Source: Amphiscolops sp. MND2022 (Eukaryota). From it: a DNA stretch of 64,000 nt. The notes under the pieces were generated by a model. It worked only from the letters and a program-made list of their open reading frames with translations. It was not told the DNA's origin and did not search any database. Position numbers and translations under genes: made by a program. The stretch is taken from assembly GCA_964187785.1 (NCBI GenBank), contig OZ076409.1, positions 81,718,001 through 81,782,000 on the forward strand, written 5' to 3'. Positions 62,691-64,000 of the stretch are shown here, piece by piece (positions within the stretch are counted from its first letter, which is position 1; each line of letters opens with the position of its first letter).

Positions 62691-63897
62691 TTTGGAATTG
62701 AAATGATTCATTTGGACGAAAAAAATGAATTTCAGAGCTGTGTAACACGTCGTAAAATATACATTTTCATTATTTTCCGCCCATATTTTTAGATGGGAAA
62801 GGAATATTAATAGCTGTGTACGTTTTTCCTCCAAAACTTGCCGTGCTCCTAATTAATACTCAAATAATAAAGGTCCTTATAAACTCAATAGCCATGAAAT
62901 TACGTTAGTAGCATATGCATTTATTGAGAGTCTTGAACTTTTTTGTAAGGTGTGAATACATTAAAGTGCCGCAGAATACGTAAAAATTCAAAATTTTCCA
63001 ATTTAAGCCATTTTTCTACAGTTTTGGAATGTCTGCAAGGGTTAGAACAGGTAACAACTACTTATCCCATAAACTTTTACGAAGAGCAATCTGAAAATTT
63101 TTGTTTACAAAATGAGTAAAAAAGACACCAAAAAAGTTTCAAGTTTTGACCATTTTCAAATGGTTTCGTAGGGTAGAATATCCACAGATTTCAACGACAA
63201 ATAAATTAGCTATCCAGCACAGGGGTTACCAATTATAAATTACAATTAATTGTTCTGAAAATTGGATATTGACCTTAATTCAAGTTTAGTTCAACAATTC
63301 AAGTTTAATTATTTTTTTTTTTACTTATTTATGTCTTAACCAGCAATCTTTTTGAAGGTTTCATCATACAGAAGCCGGGAACTGGCCATATCAATATTAT
63401 CTCTTTGCAGAATCACTGTACTTCATTAGCGCAGTTTTTGAAAAGAGGCAGCAACTTCGAATACTTTTTAGTGTAATTGCTCTCAACTAAGTTGAAAGGT
63501 TTCAATGCGCCACAAATTCAATCTATCAACCAAAAAGCTTTTTGGTTGATGATACCAACCGATTGGTTGGACAAAGTGGCTGGCTTACTTGTTCCAGCTA
63601 AATCTTGTTCCATGTACGAATTTGACCACACGGTTTTTTACATCAGTTTGGTACTGCGCTGACATTCCCATTGATAGTTTTTCCGGTGCGGCGAAAATAG
63701 TTCTTGCAAACATCCTATGGCTTTTTGGATCTCGAAAACTCAAAACCTTATTAGGTTAATTATAGGTACTTATTTGAGTATTAATTCAATAATTGAAAAT
63801 TGACTGTTATTAATCAATTGATAGCTCGTCAATTATTGCAATAATTGTAATTGCAATAAGTTATTGATAATTCCTCATCAAGTCACTTTTTCAGAAA

Positions 63898-64000
63898 ACA
63901 AGCCGGGAACGGCCCAAGTCGGCTTCACATCTAAGGCTCAAAAATATTCAAGGAACAATTGGAAAAACTTGGAAATTTTTTTTCAAAAAAAGTATTTGGT
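63898..64000 (-). mobile_element. End of a HINE family A copy, runs out of the window
   Basis: acaagccgggaacggcccaagtcggcttcacatctaaggctcaaaaa. Confidence 0.75.

Overview
AT-rich, repeat-dense eukaryotic DNA, probably from an invertebrate animal (inferred from GT-AG introns, a CHST-type sulfotransferase, ERK and animal transposon types). There are two host genes, both on the minus strand. One is a complete-looking 7-exon ERK1/2-type MAP kinase (TEY motif, about 48.6-61.5 kb, with a ~10 kb intron). The other is a Golgi carbohydrate sulfotransferase (about 5.4-8.2 kb) whose 3' exons are not visible. The rest is mobile and repeated DNA: a decayed BEL/Pao retrotransposon, a pogo/Tigger element (22-bp TIRs, TA TSD) holding a chimeric 896-bp tandem array, a 1.75-kb solo LTR that carries its own ORF, small CCC-ended EnSpm-like MITEs, tRNA-derived SINE-like pieces, and several kb-scale tandem arrays (1.58 kb x4.4, 2.95 kb x2, 1.31 kb x2 built from ~183-bp monomers, 1.97 kb x3). 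The most striking pattern is three non-autonomous Helentron/DINE-1-like (HINE) families. They have different terminal sequences but the same architecture, nest into one another, carry tRNA-like fragments, and sit at the joints of two of the tandem arrays. All calls were made by eye; no database search was run. No CRISPR, rRNA or intact tRNA gene was found.
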